55,529 bases of DNA from an uncultured Algibacter sp. (GTDB lineage: Bacteria; Bacteroidota; Bacteroidia; Flavobacteriales; Flavobacteriaceae). The translations under genes and the position numbers were made by a program. Every line of letters starts with the position of its first letter. The first letter of the stretch is position 1. The DNA lies in contig NZ_CAJQQI010000055.1 of NCBI RefSeq assembly GCF_905480415.1, forward strand, positions 1-55,529, written 5' to 3'. Shown one piece after another: positions 40,420-50,514 of this stretch. Under the pieces are notes generated by a model. It was not told the origin of the DNA and searched no databases. It saw only the letters and a program-made list of their open reading frames with translations.

Positions 40420-42372
40420 CACACGGTTTAGTTTTCTAGATAATAACATTTTTAGACCCGAATAGTCTTTTACTTCTTCGAGTATATTTCTATTCGAGTC
40501 TATTTTGTTTTGCAGCGTTTCTTGCTGAAACTCCTTCACTTTTTGGTCTATTAAAAAGCATCGTAAACTTAAAATGGTTTCGCTAACCAATTGAGCTACG
40601 GTGTGCATTTTTTCTTTAGGATATATATTCATCCTTTTCCAATCGTCTAAAGCGTAGCGTTCATCTTCCATTAAAATGGTAGTAATTTCATTAGCCATAT
40701 CTTGATCTACTGAATTCACAAAAATTTTCAACTCAAAATCTTGATCTTGGTTTAACCTATCAATAATGGTATAATAAAGACTTTTAAATTGCTCATTCGT
40801 AAATTGCATTTCATCATCCTGAAGATCTAAAAAAATTTTCTCAAACACTTTAACCTGATGAATTACAGGCTCTAAAACCAATTCGCCTTTATCATTTTCT
40901 TTTAAAACTAAATCTTCAAAATTTTCAGTTTCATTTCCGTATAGCAATAAAACCTCAATTATTTTTCGTTCTAAAACATACTGAACATCAACTTTTGCAA
41001 TAGGCTGCTGGTGTTTGACTACTTCAAAGGCTTTTTGTTCTTTTTGATATTGTTTATTTTCTTCTTGAGACTCTTTTTTATTTATTTGAGCCAAAGTGCT
41101 AAACAGTACTTCCTCACTTATATCCATAATTCTAGCACATTCCTGAATATAAATTTCTTTTTTAATGCGGTCAGGAATTTTTGAAATACTGTTAACAATA
41201 TCTCTAACTGTTTCTGCTTTCTTTATAGGGTCGTTTTTAGAATCCTCGAACAATATGGAAGCCTTAAACTGGATAAAGTCTTTGGCATTGTCTTTTAAAT
41301 ATAAACCTAACTCTTCTAACGTATTTTGTTTTGCAAAACTATCGGGATCTTCACCTTCTGGAAAAGTACATACCCTAACATTCATACCTTGCTCCAAAAT
41401 TAAATCTATACCACGAAGTGATGCGCGCATACCAGCAGCATCTCCATCAAAAAGTACGGTTATGTTTTTTGTAAGTCGGTTTATAAGTCTAATCTGTTCA
41501 GAAGTTAAGGCAGTGCCCGAAGAAGACACTACATTATGTATCCCTGTTTGATGGAACTGAATCACATCCGTGTATCCTTCAACCAAATAACAATTATCTT
41601 CTTTAGCTATACTTTGTTTTGCATGATAAATACCATAAAGCACCTTACTTTTATGGTAAATATCGCTCTCTGGTGAGTTTACATATTTAGCTGCTTTCTT
41701 ATCGGTTATCAAAATACGTCCGCCATAACCCAAAACCCGACCACTCATACTTTTTATAGGAAACATAACGCGACCTTTAAATCTATCAAAGCGTTTATCT
41801 TCTTTAACTATGGTAAGTCCTGTTTTTTGTAAAAAATCAATATTATAGCCTTGTTTTAGAGCCTCATCGGTAAACGCTTGCCACTCATTTAATGAATATC
41901 CTAAATCGAACTTTTTAATGGTTTCTTCAGTAAATCCGCGCTCTTTAAAGTAACTTAATCCTATTGATTTTCCTTGGTCTGTTTTATGCAGCACTTTTTG
42001 AAAGTATGTATTGGCAAATTCACTAACCAAATACAAGCTTTCACGCTCGTTTGCTTTTTCTTTTTGTTCAGAAGATTGCTCGGTTTCTTCTATTTCAACA
42101 TTGTACTTTTTAGCCAAATATCTTATAGCCTCTGGATACGTAAAATGTTCATGTTCCATTAAAAAAGACACGGCAGTTCCGCCTTTTCCTGTAGAGAAAT
42201 CTTTCCAGATTTGCTTAACGGGCGACACCATGAAACTCGGCGATCGCTCATCACTAAAGGGGCTTAAACCTTTAAAGTTACTCCCTGCTTTTTTTAGCTG
42301 AACAAAATCACCAATAACCTCCTCTACGCGGGCGGTTTCAAATACTTGATCGATGGATGAAGGTGATATCAA
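40414..42372 (-). CDS. dnaG: DNA primase
   Basis: KYVNSPES, VEGYTDV and FDGDAAG Toprim motifs; TTG start. Confidence 0.97.
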   Translation of the reverse strand: MISPSSIDQVFETARVEEVIGDFVQLKKAGSNFKGLSPFSDERSPSFMVSPVKQIWKDFSTGKGGTAVSFLMEHEHFTYPEAIRYLAKKYNVEIEETEQSSEQKEKANERESLYLVSEFANTYFQKVLHKTDQGKSIGLSYFKERGFTEETIKKFDLGYSLNEWQAFTDEALKQGYNIDFLQKTGLTIVKEDKRFDRFKGRVMFPIKSMSGRVLGYGGRILITDKKAAKYVNSPESDIYHKSKVLYGIYHAKQSIAKEDNCYLVEGYTDVIQFHQTGIHNVVSSSGTALTSEQIRLINRLTKNITVLFDGDAAGMRASLRGIDLILEQGMNVRVCTFPEGEDPDSFAKQNTLEELGLYLKDNAKDFIQFKASILFEDSKNDPIKKAETVRDIVNSISKIPDRIKKEIYIQECARIMDISEEVLFSTLAQINKKESQEENKQYQKEQKAFEVVKHQQPIAKVDVQYVLERKIIEVLLLYGNETENFEDLVLKENDKGELVLEPVIHQVKVFEKIFLDLQDDEMQFTNEQFKSLYYTIIDRLNQDQDFELKIFVNSVDQDMANEITTILMEDERYALDDWKRMNIYPKEKMHTVAQLVSETILSLRCFLIDQKVKEFQQETLQNKIDSNRNILEEVKDYSGLKMLLSRKLNRVL

Positions 42373-42669
42373 AAAATGAGATTTTTAGTGTACGTAAAAG
42401 TAAGATAAAATTATACATTCATCAAGATATAAACCTCATCTTGACAATAAAACTAAATTTATTGATTGTGATAAATTTATTTAATTGATTATTTTTTAGA
42501 CAAATCACTCATTACATGAACAACAGATTCTGTAGTATCTGTCAAAATTTAGAATAATTTGATTCTGTGTTAATCCGAAAAATTAGCATCTTTTATGCGC
42601 TAAGTTACATGCACAAGACCAATGGTATACAATCAGTAAAAAGCTAACCAAAAAAGGCTCCAAAATTCC

Positions 42670-42865
42670 GTGACTACCAATATTTTGGCACATGTATTCC
42701 ATCGATCCGATAAAGTGCCTCACTTAATAAATTTTCTAAATAAAAATTCGCTAATCGAGGCTTATAATAGCTTTCACACTTACGTGCGACTTCACACTTC
42801 ATTACCTTCCACATTTTGTATCTTCGTTCTCATAGCCAAACTGCAATTTAGAAATCGATAGTCAC
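42670..42865. repeat. Degenerate attC-like long imperfect inverted repeat
   Basis: Outer GTGACTA (42670-42676)/TAGTCAC (42859-42865); inner TTTGGC (42684-42689)/GCCAAA (42835-42840); ends 23 nt before an ATG. Confidence 0.45.
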
Positions 42866-42888
42866 AAGCTAAAGAAAGAGACAAAACA

Positions 42889-43506
42889 ATGAAATTAGAT
42901 AGAAAAAAACATTGGGAAACAGTTTATGAAACTAAAAATCCAGACCAAGTTAGTTGGACGCAAGAAACGCCAAAAACTTCACTTGAATTTATCCATTCTT
43001 TCGGACTCAAGAAAACTGCAAAAATAATTGATATAGGCGGTGGCGATAGTAAACTGGTGGACTACTTGCTTGATGAAGGATTTGAAAATATTACTATACT
43101 TGACATTTCGGCCAAATCAATGGAAAAAGCAAAAGACCGCCTTGGAGAAAAAGCAAATAAAGTAAATTGGATTGTAAGCGACGTTACAGAATTTGAACCC
43201 AATATGACTTTTGATTTTTGGCACGACAGAGCAACCTTTCATTTTCTTACAACGACTGAAGAAATAAAAAAATATTTAAAAACTGCAAGAAAATCTGTAA
43301 ACGGATTCTTGACAATTGGAACCTTTTCCAAAAATGGACCTAAAAAATGTAGCGGTCTTGAAATAAAACAATACAATGAAGATGAATTAACATTGGAATT
43401 GAAAAATGGATTCGACAAAATCAACTGTGTAACAGAAGACCACATAACACCATTTAACACAACGCAAAATTTCTTATTTTGTAGTTTTGAAAGACAATTG
43501 AACTGA
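42889..43506 (+). CDS. Class I SAM-dependent methyltransferase
   Basis: IIDIGGGDS, LDIS, WHDRATFHFL, GPKKCSGL. Confidence 0.9.
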   Translation: MKLDRKKHWETVYETKNPDQVSWTQETPKTSLEFIHSFGLKKTAKIIDIGGGDSKLVDYLLDEGFENITILDISAKSMEKAKDRLGEKANKVNWIVSDVTEFEPNMTFDFWHDRATFHFLTTTEEIKKYLKTARKSVNGFLTIGTFSKNGPKKCSGLEIKQYNEDELTLELKNGFDKINCVTEDHITPFNTTQNFLFCSFERQLN

Positions 43507-43570
43507 AAATCCGGCGACTAGCAATAAACAAACACTATGAAATACAGTCAGGAAAAAGACAACGACAACG

Positions 43571-45019
43571 ATGATTGACAAAATTAGAAAATTAGAAAAA
43601 TTATCGATGCTTTTAGATCCGGGATTGAGCCAAAGAACTAAATGGAATTCAAAGGTTCTAGATTACTCGAACACATTTATCAACAAGCTGCAGACTACCA
43701 AAGCTTTTTTCTACTCAGACGAAAATGGGAAAGACATATTCAACCTAGATATTGAAGAGAAGTCAACGGGGTTAACCTCATTATTAGATAGTATAACAAA
43801 AAATATCGATGAAGTAGGTATAAACCCGGCCTCTGGCGGGCATATGGGATATATTCCAGGTGGAGGACTTTACCCGTCAGCTCTTGGAGATTTTATTGCC
43901 GCTGTTAATAATCGTTATGCCGGAGTGTTTTTTGCTGCTCCTGGAGCAGTTCGTTTAGAGAACATGCTTATTCGCTGGATGTGTCGTCTTATGGGTTACC
44001 CTGATGAGGCTACAGGCAATTTAACCTCAGGAGGTTCTATTGCGAATCTAGTGGCACTTGTAACAGCAAGGGAAGCTCATAACATCAAAGCTCGAGATTT
44101 TGATAAATCTGTAATTTACCTATCAGAGCAGGCTCATCATTCTGTATTAAAAGCTATCCGAATTGCAGGGTTATCTGAAGCTCCAATTAGGTATATTCCT
44201 TTAGATGAAAAATTAAGACTTTCAGCAAATGAATTAGAAAAAGCAATTATTAAAGATAAAGAGAATGGTTTGATGCCATTTTTTATAAATGCTTCTTTCG
44301 GAACGACTAATACAGGGGCAGTTGATCCTATAGAATCAATTGCTCATATCGCAATAAAACATAAACTATGGTTTCATGTTGATGCCGCTTATGGTGGTTT
44401 TTTTAAATTAGTAACTAAATTAAATTCTAAATTTGAAGGCATACAGCAAGCCGACTCTATTACCCTCGACCCTCATAAAACACTTTTTTTACCGTTTGGA
44501 ACTGGTACTATTCTTATTAAAAATAAAGAAAAATCATTAAAAGCATTTCAGTATTTAGCTGACTACATGCAGGATACTATTGATGCTGATGAAGAAATTT
44601 CACCAGCAGATATATCACCAGAACAAACAAAACACTTTAGAGGAATGAGAATGTGGTTACCGCTTAAATTATTTGGTTTAAAGCCTTTTAGAGCGGCATT
44701 GGAAGAAAAACTATACTTAACTCGGTATTTCTATGATAAAATAAAAAAAATAGAGGGCTTTGAAGTTGGGCCGGAACCCGAGCTTTCTATTGCAATATTC
44801 AGGTATGTACCCACAAATAGAAAGGCAGACTCCTTCAATGAAAAATTGATTAAGGCTATTCAAAAAGACGGGCGCATTTTTCTTTCATCAACTAACATAA
44901 ATGATGTATTTTGGATACGAATTGCAGTAGTCTCATTTAGAACGCATCTAGTCCACATAGAACTTTTACTAGATATTATTGAAGAAAACGTGAGAAAAAT
45001 ATCAATTGAACTAAATTAA
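43571..45019 (+). CDS. Group II PLP-dependent amino-acid decarboxylase (DDC/GAD-like)
   Basis: TSGGSIAN, HVDAAYGG, DSITLDPHK (PLP lysine). Confidence 0.9.
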   Translation: MIDKIRKLEKLSMLLDPGLSQRTKWNSKVLDYSNTFINKLQTTKAFFYSDENGKDIFNLDIEEKSTGLTSLLDSITKNIDEVGINPASGGHMGYIPGGGLYPSALGDFIAAVNNRYAGVFFAAPGAVRLENMLIRWMCRLMGYPDEATGNLTSGGSIANLVALVTAREAHNIKARDFDKSVIYLSEQAHHSVLKAIRIAGLSEAPIRYIPLDEKLRLSANELEKAIIKDKENGLMPFFINASFGTTNTGAVDPIESIAHIAIKHKLWFHVDAAYGGFFKLVTKLNSKFEGIQQADSITLDPHKTLFLPFGTGTILIKNKEKSLKAFQYLADYMQDTIDADEEISPADISPEQTKHFRGMRMWLPLKLFGLKPFRAALEEKLYLTRYFYDKIKKIEGFEVGPEPELSIAIFRYVPTNRKADSFNEKLIKAIQKDGRIFLSSTNINDVFWIRIAVVSFRTHLVHIELLLDIIEENVRKISIELN

Positions 45020-45143
45020 ACTAGAGGCTAAAAACGTGTAACTTATTGCTCGTTCTAGCTAGCGTAACTAAATAAATAAGATGGCCATCATTAAAAATTA
45101 ATCTTGACTGATTACCTAATTACTAAGAACAATAAATTTAATT

Positions 45144-45533
45144 ATGGAGTTTTTCCGAATTATCAAAGTAAAGACACAAGACAAGACTATTCAAGATGAA
45201 CTAACTATTAAAAATCTAGAATTTATTAGCAGTGATATTTTTGTTATTGGTGATCAAAATAAAACTGAAGCTAATGTTGGAGGTGTTTGGGGAGAATTCA
45301 CTTTAACTCGAACCAGTATTAGAGGAGGCCTGCGTTTTGCATTGGTAGAATGCCCTAATGCATTAACTTGGACCATTACAACTGGAATTCTTCCTGAACC
45401 TGACGTTATAGTTATTCATCTAACAATAAATCGTCAAAAACAGATGGAATCTTTTATTGAAGAAATCGAAGAGTTTTTAGACGACCAAAGTATTTGCTTA
45501 CAAAAATATTTCAAAGAAAATAAATCTATCTAA
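45144..45533 (+). CDS. Hypothetical protein
   Basis: 129-aa ORF co-oriented with the island; GVWGEF and CPNALTWTIT motifs; function not recognised. Confidence 0.65.
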   Translation: MEFFRIIKVKTQDKTIQDELTIKNLEFISSDIFVIGDQNKTEANVGGVWGEFTLTRTSIRGGLRFALVECPNALTWTITTGILPEPDVIVIHLTINRQKQMESFIEEIEEFLDDQSICLQKYFKENKSI

Positions 45534-45546
45534 ACAATAATACCAT

Positions 45547-47001
45547 ATGAAGAAATTCTTAAAATTTGTATTACTGATCATCGTATTATACTTTTTGCTT
45601 CTAATTCCAATACCTCAGAGTCAGAAAGAAGTACAAATGGCTTCACGAAATCCATTTATTTGGGGGCAGGATAAGCTTTGGGATCAATTAGAAGTTTCCT
45701 TTAAAAACGCAAAAGAAATTCCATCTGGAGCTTTGGATTCAATAGTAAATAAGATGACTATTGAAACCGATAGTATATTTAATGAAAATGAAGATAAACT
45801 TCTAAAACCCAACGATCCTTTTTATACATCCATTGAAAAAAGGTTTTTTAATATTGCGCCATTAATTGCTGCACAAAAGGTTAAGTCCGATTGGTATATT
45901 CGGTTCTATAACCAAGTAAGAAAAAAGATGAAAAATGATTCTCGTTCTTGGGATATGGGTCATGAGCTAACACGAAATCTAACGTATCGCATACTTTATG
46001 GTATGAGAGCTACAGTTGAAGAGATTTTACTGCAGTCTAGTGATGATCAATTTATTACAACAACGTTTGTTTCGAATGAACCATCCGTAACTCCTTCAGT
46101 AATTGTTTTAGGAATTGAAGTGCATAGTGGTGATTTACTTATAAGTCGAGGTGGAGCAGAAGTTTCTGCCTTTATATCAAGAGGGAATGATTATCCAGGA
46201 AATTTTTCACATGTTGCCATTATTCATATTGATAAAGAAACTAACGAACCGTATTTTGTTGAAGCACACATAGAAAAAGGAGTTGCCCTAGCTTCGCTTG
46301 ATGAGTACTTAAATGATAAAAAACTAAGGTTTATGGTTATGAGACCTAGAGCCGATTTGCTTCAAATGATAGAAAATCCCATGCTCCCGTATGAGGCCTC
46401 TTTATATATTTATAATGAATCTCAAACTAGGCATATTCCTTATGACTTTAAAATGGACTATTATGATTCTTCGGCCATGTTTTGTTCAGAAGTTGGATCT
46501 TATGCCTATAAGCATTCTGGAATAGAACTATGGGAATTTGAGTCTACCATCTCTTCTAGTGGTATTATAAATTGGCTGAATGATTTTGGTGTGGAAAATT
46601 TTGTTACACAAATGCCATCAGATTTGGAATACGACCCGATGTTAAGTGTTGTGGCCGAATGGAGAAATAAAGACATTCTTTTTCAAGACCACTTAGACAA
46701 TGCTGTTATGGATGCCTTGATAAGTCGTGCCAATGAAGGCGAAAATTTAGATTACAATAATTGGTTGCTCCCGATTGCTCGAACCATTAAAACCTATTCG
46801 TTTTTCCTTAATTTAATTGGGAAAGATGGTATTATCCCTGAAGGTATGGATGCCCAAACTGCATTGAAAAACAATGATTTTGTGGACCGTTTTAACATAT
46901 GTAAAACCTCAACAGAATCCAAAATAAAATCTTTTAAAGAAGAAAATAAATACTTGCCGCCATATTGGCAAATGGTACGAATGGCAGAGGAAAGCTTGTA
47001 G
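45547..47001 (+). CDS. Permuted NlpC/P60 (YiiX/YebB-like) papain-fold amidase with N-terminal membrane anchor
   Basis: SGDLLISRG, FSHVAI (His), PYDF and MFCSEV (Cys) in permuted order. Confidence 0.8.
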   Translation: MKKFLKFVLLIIVLYFLLLIPIPQSQKEVQMASRNPFIWGQDKLWDQLEVSFKNAKEIPSGALDSIVNKMTIETDSIFNENEDKLLKPNDPFYTSIEKRFFNIAPLIAAQKVKSDWYIRFYNQVRKKMKNDSRSWDMGHELTRNLTYRILYGMRATVEEILLQSSDDQFITTTFVSNEPSVTPSVIVLGIEVHSGDLLISRGGAEVSAFISRGNDYPGNFSHVAIIHIDKETNEPYFVEAHIEKGVALASLDEYLNDKKLRFMVMRPRADLLQMIENPMLPYEASLYIYNESQTRHIPYDFKMDYYDSSAMFCSEVGSYAYKHSGIELWEFESTISSSGIINWLNDFGVENFVTQMPSDLEYDPMLSVVAEWRNKDILFQDHLDNAVMDALISRANEGENLDYNNWLLPIARTIKTYSFFLNLIGKDGIIPEGMDAQTALKNNDFVDRFNICKTSTESKIKSFKEENKYLPPYWQMVRMAEESL

Positions 47002-47055
47002 AAATAATAATTAGTTTAATATTAAGTTTAACTTGTTGACTAAAGGAAATTTTAT

Positions 47056-48033
47056 TTACTTCTTTCTATCAATCACATAATTCACCATCAGTTCTAGTGA
47101 ATTTTTATAATCAGAATCAGGATACGTTTTAAGTATTTGTAAGGCTTCTTCTTGAAAGGATTTCATTTTATTTACGGCATAATCTAAACCACCATTATCT
47201 TTAACGAAAGCAATAACTTCTTTAACTCGCTTGGTATCTTTGTTATGATTTTTAACAGAATTAATAAGCCATTTCTTATCTTTTTTAGACGCTTGATTTA
47301 ATACATGAATTAATGGCAAGGTCATTTTTTGCTCTTTAATATCTATCCCCGTTGGCTTTCCTATTTGCTCATCACCATAATCAAACAAATCATCTTTTAT
47401 TTGAAATGCCATACCAATTAACTCTCCAAACTTACGCATAGACTCAACATGCAATGATTCTGGTTTAACTGAAGCTGCGCCCAAACTACAACAAGCCGCT
47501 ATTAACGTTGCTGTTTTTTGACGAATAATTTCATAGTAAATATCTTCAGTAATATCTAATTTACGTGCTTTTTCAATTTGAAGTAATTCGCCCTCACTCA
47601 TTTCACGAACGGCTATTGAAATGATTTTAAGTAAATCAAAATCATTATTATCAATAGACAGCAGCAAACCTTTTGAGAGTAGAAAATCGCCAATTAAAAC
47701 CGCTATTTTGTTTTTCAATAGAGCATTTACTGAGAAAAATCCTCTTCTGCGATTACTGTCATCAACCACATCGTCATGAACCAATGTTGCAGTATGAATC
47801 AATTCTATAACCGATGCCCCTCTATAGGTACGTTCACTCACTTCGCCATTTGCAACCATTTTAGCCACCAGAAAAACAAACATAGGTCGCATTTGTTTAC
47901 CTTTTCGGTTTACTATGTAATGCGTAATTCTATTTAATAAAGCAACTTTACTAGACATAGAAAGCAGGAACTTTTGCTCGAAAAGATCCATCTCATAGCC
48001 TATAGGCTTCTTTATTTGTTCTACTACTTTCAA
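47056..48033 (-). CDS. Polyprenyl diphosphate synthase (IspB-like)
   Basis: GKQMRP, LVHDDVVD..RRG, FQIKDDLFD. Confidence 0.93.
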   Translation of the reverse strand: MKVVEQIKKPIGYEMDLFEQKFLLSMSSKVALLNRITHYIVNRKGKQMRPMFVFLVAKMVANGEVSERTYRGASVIELIHTATLVHDDVVDDSNRRRGFFSVNALLKNKIAVLIGDFLLSKGLLLSIDNNDFDLLKIISIAVREMSEGELLQIEKARKLDITEDIYYEIIRQKTATLIAACCSLGAASVKPESLHVESMRKFGELIGMAFQIKDDLFDYGDEQIGKPTGIDIKEQKMTLPLIHVLNQASKKDKKWLINSVKNHNKDTKRVKEVIAFVKDNGGLDYAVNKMKSFQEEALQILKTYPDSDYKNSLELMVNYVIDRKK

Positions 48034-48080
48034 ATAATTGGTTTAAAGAAGTTCAAATATAAGTTTTAGAATAGAATATT

Positions 48081-49121
48081 TTAGGATTTGTTAGCTAATT
48101 GTCCGCAAGCAGCATCAATATCTTTACCTCTACTTCGTCTTACGGTAACCGTTATATTATTTTCTTCAAGTACTTTTACATACATATCTATAGCACTAGA
48201 ATGGGCTTGTTGAAACTCGCCATCATCAATAGGGTTATACTCAATAATATTTACTTTACTTGGTGCGAATTTACAGAATTCAACCAATGCCTCAACATCT
48301 TTTATTTTATCATTAATACCTTCCCAAACGACATACTCATAAGTAATTCTATTTTTGGTTTTAGCAAACCAATACTCCAATGCTTCTCTTAAATCATTTA
48401 GAGGAAAAGTAGCGTTGAAAGGCATTATGGATGTGCGTACCTCATCAATAGCAGAATGTAATGACACTGCAAGTTTAAACTTAACATCGTCATCAGCCAT
48501 TTTTTTAATCATCTTAGGCACTCCTGAAGTTGAAACAACGATGCGTTTTGGTGACATTCCTAAACCTTCTGGTGATGTAATTTTATCGATCGCTTTAATA
48601 ACGTTATTGTAGTTCATGAGTGGTTCTCCCATGCCCATAAATACGATATTACTTAGTGGTCTATTATGATATAATCTACTTTCATTATCGATAGCGACTA
48701 CCTGATCATAAATTTCGTCTGGATTTAGATTTCGCATGCGCTTTAATCGCGATGTTGCACAAAACTTACAATCTAAACTGCAGCCTACTTGACTAGAAAC
48801 ACAAGCCGTGGTTCTGGTTTTAGTTGGTATTAAAACAGACTCTACAATTAAATTGTCATGTAAGCGTACCGCATTTTTTATGGTACCATCTGAGCTACGT
48901 TGCATTTGGTCGACCTTGATATGATTAATAACAAAGTTATCTTCCAGCATTTGACGGGTTTCTTTTGAGACATTCGTCATATCCTCAAAAGTGTGTGCCG
49001 ATTTTTGCCACAACCACTCATACACTTGATTACCTCGGAATGCTTTATCGCCTTCTTTTACAAAGAAATCTCTAAGTTGTTCTTTCGTTAGCGCTCGTAT
49101 GTCTTTTTTCTTGATTTCCAT
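48081..49121 (-). CDS. rlmN: 23S rRNA m2A2503/tRNA methyltransferase RlmN
   Basis: CVSSQVGCSLDCKFC, MGMGEP, DIDAACGQL. Confidence 0.97.
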   Translation of the reverse strand: MEIKKKDIRALTKEQLRDFFVKEGDKAFRGNQVYEWLWQKSAHTFEDMTNVSKETRQMLEDNFVINHIKVDQMQRSSDGTIKNAVRLHDNLIVESVLIPTKTRTTACVSSQVGCSLDCKFCATSRLKRMRNLNPDEIYDQVVAIDNESRLYHNRPLSNIVFMGMGEPLMNYNNVIKAIDKITSPEGLGMSPKRIVVSTSGVPKMIKKMADDDVKFKLAVSLHSAIDEVRTSIMPFNATFPLNDLREALEYWFAKTKNRITYEYVVWEGINDKIKDVEALVEFCKFAPSKVNIIEYNPIDDGEFQQAHSSAIDMYVKVLEENNITVTVRRSRGKDIDAACGQLANKS

Positions 49122-49151
49122 CTGAATGCAAAAATAAGGAAAGGATTTTCT

Positions 49152-49179
49152 AATTAGGAATTATGAATTAATAATTATG
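49152..49179. repeat. Four tandem heptamers (AATTAnn)
   Basis: AATTAGG AATTATG AATTAAT AATTATG. Confidence 0.6.
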
Positions 49180-49196
49180 ATTGGTACTTGAAACTC

Positions 49197-49327
49197 GCAT
49201 TAGGGATTGTAGCGGCATCCTTTTAAAAAGCTGAAATTGAAACTAAAAACAAGTAGATAACTACATCCTTCATACTTGAAACAACACTTTTAAAAGATAT
49301 AGCGAAAGCCCGACCCCTGGGTAATGC
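49197..49327 (-). ncRNA. Flavo-1-like structured RNA element
   Basis: Minus strand GCATTA-CCCAGGGGT-CGGGCTTTCGCTATATCTTTTAAAAG...CTTTTTAAAAGGATGCCGCTACAATCCC-TAATGC; closing stem GCATTA/TAATGC; matches the Flavo-1 layout as recalled. Confidence 0.7.
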
Positions 49328-49340
49328 TCAATTAATTTAC

Positions 49341-49366
49341 AAAAAAAGCCTCTTAAAAAAGAGGCT
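49341..49366 (-). terminator. Intrinsic terminator after queA
   Basis: AGCCTCTT-aaaa-AAGAGGCT with a U-tract on the minus strand. Confidence 0.75.
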
Positions 49367-49383
49367 CTTTATTATTTTGAATA

Positions 49384-50433
49384 TTATATGATTAACATAG
49401 CATCGCCATAACTATAGAATTTGTAACCTTCTTTGATAGCTTCATCGTAAGCCCGTTTTATAAAATCGTGACCTGCAAATGCTGCAACCATCATCAATAA
49501 CGTTGATTTTGGTGTGTGAAAATTAGTTATCATAGCATTTGGTATAGTAAATTCGTAAGGAGGAAAAATGAATTTATTGGTCCATCCATCATACTCATTT
49601 AGCTGCCCGCCTGTCGATACTGCACTTTCTACGGCACGAACAGCAGTGGTACCAACAGCGCAAATACGTCGCTTTTCTTTAAGAGCTGTGTTGACAATTC
49701 CGGCTGCTTTCCCTTGAATTTTCAGCTCTTCGCTATCCATTTTATGCTTAGATAAATCTTCAACCTCAACTGGGTTAAATGTACCTAAACCTACGTGCAA
49801 TGTTACCTCAGCAAAATTAACACCTTTAATTTCTAAACGTTTTAATAGGTGTTTAGAAAAGTGAAGTCCAGCAGTTGGTGCCGCAACAGCGCCTTCGTTT
49901 TTAGCAAAAATAGTTTGGTAGCGCTCTTCATCTGAAGGCTCTACATCTCTTTTTATATATTTAGGCAATGGTGTTTGTCCTAATTCACTCAATTTAATAC
50001 GAAATTCTCTGTACGATCCATCATATAAAAAGCGCAGTGTACGACCTCTAGATGTTGTGTTATCTATAACTTCTGCAACCAAGGTATCATCATCACCAAA
50101 ATAAAGTTTGTTTCCAATTCTTATTTTACGAGCTGGATCAACCAACACATCCCAAAGGCGTTGTTCTTCATTCAGTTCTCTTAACAAAAACACTTCTATT
50201 CTAGCTCCTGTTTTTTCTTTGTTACCATAGAGTCTTGCCGGAAATACTTTAGTATTATTTAAAACTAAAACATCATCTTCGTCAAAATAATCGATAACAT
50301 CTTTAAACATTTTATGCTCAATAGTTTGCTCTTTTCTGTTCAAAACCATTAAACGAGATTCATCTCTATGTTCTGCAGGATATTCTGCTAATAATTCTTC
50401 TGGTAACTCGAAACCGAAGTGTGATAATTTCAT
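49384..50433 (-). CDS. queA: S-adenosylmethionine:tRNA ribosyltransferase-isomerase
   Basis: [38 protein letters not shown]. Confidence 0.97.
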   Translation of the reverse strand: MKLSHFGFELPEELLAEYPAEHRDESRLMVLNRKEQTIEHKMFKDVIDYFDEDDVLVLNNTKVFPARLYGNKEKTGARIEVFLLRELNEEQRLWDVLVDPARKIRIGNKLYFGDDDTLVAEVIDNTTSRGRTLRFLYDGSYREFRIKLSELGQTPLPKYIKRDVEPSDEERYQTIFAKNEGAVAAPTAGLHFSKHLLKRLEIKGVNFAEVTLHVGLGTFNPVEVEDLSKHKMDSEELKIQGKAAGIVNTALKEKRRICAVGTTAVRAVESAVSTGGQLNEYDGWTNKFIFPPYEFTIPNAMITNFHTPKSTLLMMVAAFAGHDFIKRAYDEAIKEGYKFYSYGDAMLII

Positions 50434-50514
50434 ACGTGTCATTTAGTGTTTTTAATTAGAAAGGATGCAAATATACAATCTGCGCATAGGGGTTGTCAAG
50501 TAAATACCTGTTTA

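Noticed and set aside
42670-42861. 63-aa ORF upstream of the methyltransferase
   Set aside because: Coincides almost exactly with the attC-like inverted repeat; GTG start and no protein features
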